Positions 60,915 to 64,000 of a DNA stretch of 64,000 nt are shown piece by piece; within the stretch, counting starts at the first letter, position 1; every line of letters starts with the position of its first letter. The DNA lies in contig OY970368.1 of assembly GCA_963718615.1 (NCBI GenBank), positions 4,544,001 through 4,608,000 of the forward strand. Direction: 5' to 3'. The notes beneath the pieces were generated by a model, which saw nothing but the letters and a program-made list of their open reading frames with translations, had not been told where the DNA came from and searched no databases. Position numbers and translations under genes: made by a program. This stretch comes from an uncultured cyanobacterium. Its GTDB lineage: Bacteria; Cyanobacteriota; Cyanobacteriia; PCC-9006; JAAUQQ01.

Positions 60915-61095
60915 AGAGTTTCTTGACTCTCATCCCAATAAAAGCGATAAAACAGTTCAGCAGCCTCAAAATCGTGCTCGTCCGCCACATGATGGATCAG
61001 CTTTTCTGCATCGGTTTTGCGGGGCCTTGAAGTCCTGTCCGAAGAATCACGGAAACCCTCTCCCTATTGGAAACCTCGCCACGGAAACCCTGTAA

Positions 61096-62340
<1,245 letters not shown>

Positions 62341-62535
62341 GTCGGCGAGTCATGCCTATCATCAAGAATCAATAGGGATGGGTTTGGCGCAAATGCAGGG
62401 TGAAAAGCCAAAACTTGCCGAGCTAGACCCGCCCTACTTGGGTTATGGCGATCGCCATTGATTTTGTTAACGCGTTCTTAAATTTCGGTGCTCCGAATTC
62501 TGATTGAATATTGCTGATCGAATAACAGCTTACCT

Positions 62536-63669
62536 ATGAGAATTGCCCTTTTCACCGAAACCTTTCTGCCTAAGATCGACGGCATCGTCACCCGCCTCAA
62601 GTACACCGTCGAACACCTTCAGCGTCAGGGAAATCAGGTGCTGGTATTTTCGCCGGAGGGAGGACTGAAGGAATATTGTGGAGCACAGATCTATGGCGTG
62701 AAAGGTTCGCCGTTGCCCTGGTACCCGGAACTGAAAATGGCCTTTCCTCGACCTTCGGTGGGCAAGGCGCTGGAGCTATTCAAGCCAGATTTAATTCATG
62801 TGGTGAATCCGGCGATTCTGGGTCTCGGCGGCATTTACTATGCCAAAAAGCTAGAAATTCCCCTGGTGGCGTCCTACCACACCCATTTGCCTAAGTATCT
62901 GGAGCACTATGGCCTCGGCATGCTGGAGCCCCTGCTCTGGGAACTGCTGAAGATGGCCCACAACAATGCGCTGCTGAATCTTTGTACCTCCACAGCGATG
63001 GTGGAAGAACTGGATGCCCATGGAATTGAGCGGACGGATCTATGGCAGCGGGGGGTGGATACGGAGCTGTTTCGGCCTGAGTTGGCCAATGGGGACATGC
63101 GCGATCGCCTCTCCCAGGGGCACCCGGAAGCGCCGCTGCTGCTCTATATTGGGCGGCTATCAGCGGAAAAAGAAATCGATCGCATCAAACCCGTCCTCGA
63201 ATCCATCCCCCATGCCCGCCTTGCTCTCGTTGGCAATGGTCCCTACCGCGAGGAACTGGAAGAACATTTCGCTGGAACCCATACAAATTTCGTCGGCTAT
63301 CTCCAGGGCGAAGGCCTCGCTGCGGCCTACGCTTCTGCGGATGCGTTTATTTTTCCCTCGCGTACCGAAACCCTAGGTTTGGTACTGCTAGAAGCGATGG
63401 CAGCGGGTTGTCCCGTGATCGCAGCGAATGCGGGCGGCATTCCGGATATCGTCACCGATGGCGAGAATGGTTTCCTCTTTAGTCCTGCTGAGGATAATGC
63501 CATGATCGAGGCAACCCAGCGGCTCCTGGCCAATCAAATTGAGCGGGAAACCCTACGGAAAGCGGCTCGGGCAGAAGCGGAGCGCTGGAGCTGGGCGTCG
63601 GCAACGCGACAGTTGCAGCATTATTATGAGCAGGTCCTAACGGCAGAAGCCTTGCCCAAAGTAGCCTAG
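62536..63669 (+). CDS. sqdX: Sulfoquinovosyldiacylglycerol synthase (GT4)
   Basis: MRIALFTETFLPKIDGIVTRL, ETLGLVLLEAMA; downstream of sqdB. Confidence 0.92.
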   Translation: MRIALFTETFLPKIDGIVTRLKYTVEHLQRQGNQVLVFSPEGGLKEYCGAQIYGVKGSPLPWYPELKMAFPRPSVGKALELFKPDLIHVVNPAILGLGGIYYAKKLEIPLVASYHTHLPKYLEHYGLGMLEPLLWELLKMAHNNALLNLCTSTAMVEELDAHGIERTDLWQRGVDTELFRPELANGDMRDRLSQGHPEAPLLLYIGRLSAEKEIDRIKPVLESIPHARLALVGNGPYREELEEHFAGTHTNFVGYLQGEGLAAAYASADAFIFPSRTETLGLVLLEAMAAGCPVIAANAGGIPDIVTDGENGFLFSPAEDNAMIEATQRLLANQIERETLRKAARAEAERWSWASATRQLQHYYEQVLTAEALPKVA

Positions 63670-63842
63670 AAGCCCTGTTTCTGAACTGCTGGATTGGGTG
63701 AGGGATATTTGGAGGCGGTGCAGATGCCGCTGGAGCAGTTGGAGGCGCTGCCGCATTTGGGGGCGTTTTAAAGCAGGAGGGCGATCGCAAGCGGGCGGTG
63801 GAGGCGATGAGGAGGAGTTGAGAATGTAGAGCTGAGAATTCT

Positions 63843-64000
63843 TCAGCGAATTTGGACTGTTTCTACGTTAATCTCACCGACTCTTTGCAACTGAGCGTCA
63901 TTACTGAGTAATGTAGCGTCTACCAGGGAGGCTGTGGCACAGATAATTGCATCTGGCAGTTTTAGGCGATATTGCTTGCGAAGGGCGATCGCCATATTCT
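63843..64000 (-). CDS. VapC/PIN-domain toxin, C-terminal part
   Basis: Hand translation ...AIALRKQYRLKLPDAIICATA...LLSND...QIR*. Confidence 0.8.
   Translation of the reverse strand, partial: NMAIALRKQYRLKLPDAIICATASLVDATLLSNDAQLQRVGEINVETVQIR

Noticed and set aside
63690-63770. Possible gene-tail remnant (...YLEAVQMPLEQLEALPHLGAF*) after sqdX
   Set aside because: Too short to assign to a family without a search

Overview
Cyanobacterial chromosome segment, judged from the dense HIP1 octamer GCGATCGC and genes such as ndhF1/ndhD1, sqdB/sqdX, CP12 and ycf30. The backbone is housekeeping: 1-Cys Prx, cysteine synthase, cbiG-cobJ, hydA, def, HD-7TM, DevH-like Crp, ycf30, trxC, ndhF1, ndhD1, scpA, cugP and sqdBX, plus a Yfr2-like sRNA. 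Four accessory blocks interrupt it. (1) An AT-richer locus at about 7.4-18 kb, where a two-component system faces an apparently complete thiol-electron relay (split NTRC-like reductase plus Trx, CcdA, exported Trx, Prx-like protein, CxxC-bearing DUF3179 protein), followed by LOG, NrtS and an HtxB-like oxyanion ABC importer. Both promoters carry a near-identical direct-repeat box. This is my best candidate for an undescribed system. (2) A decaying hotspot at 21.5-27.5 kb with IS3, IS1, a twice-inactivated pentapeptide gene, an HNH pair and gene remnants. (3) A V4R/ferredoxin/phycobiliprotein-like/kinase cluster resembling Synechocystis slr0144-slr0152. (4) A large FG-GAP surface protein between ndhF1 and ndhD1. 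The partial ORF at the left edge, missed by the ORF track, has LCIB/theta-carbonic-anhydrase-like motifs. All family assignments come from recalled motifs; no database searches were run.
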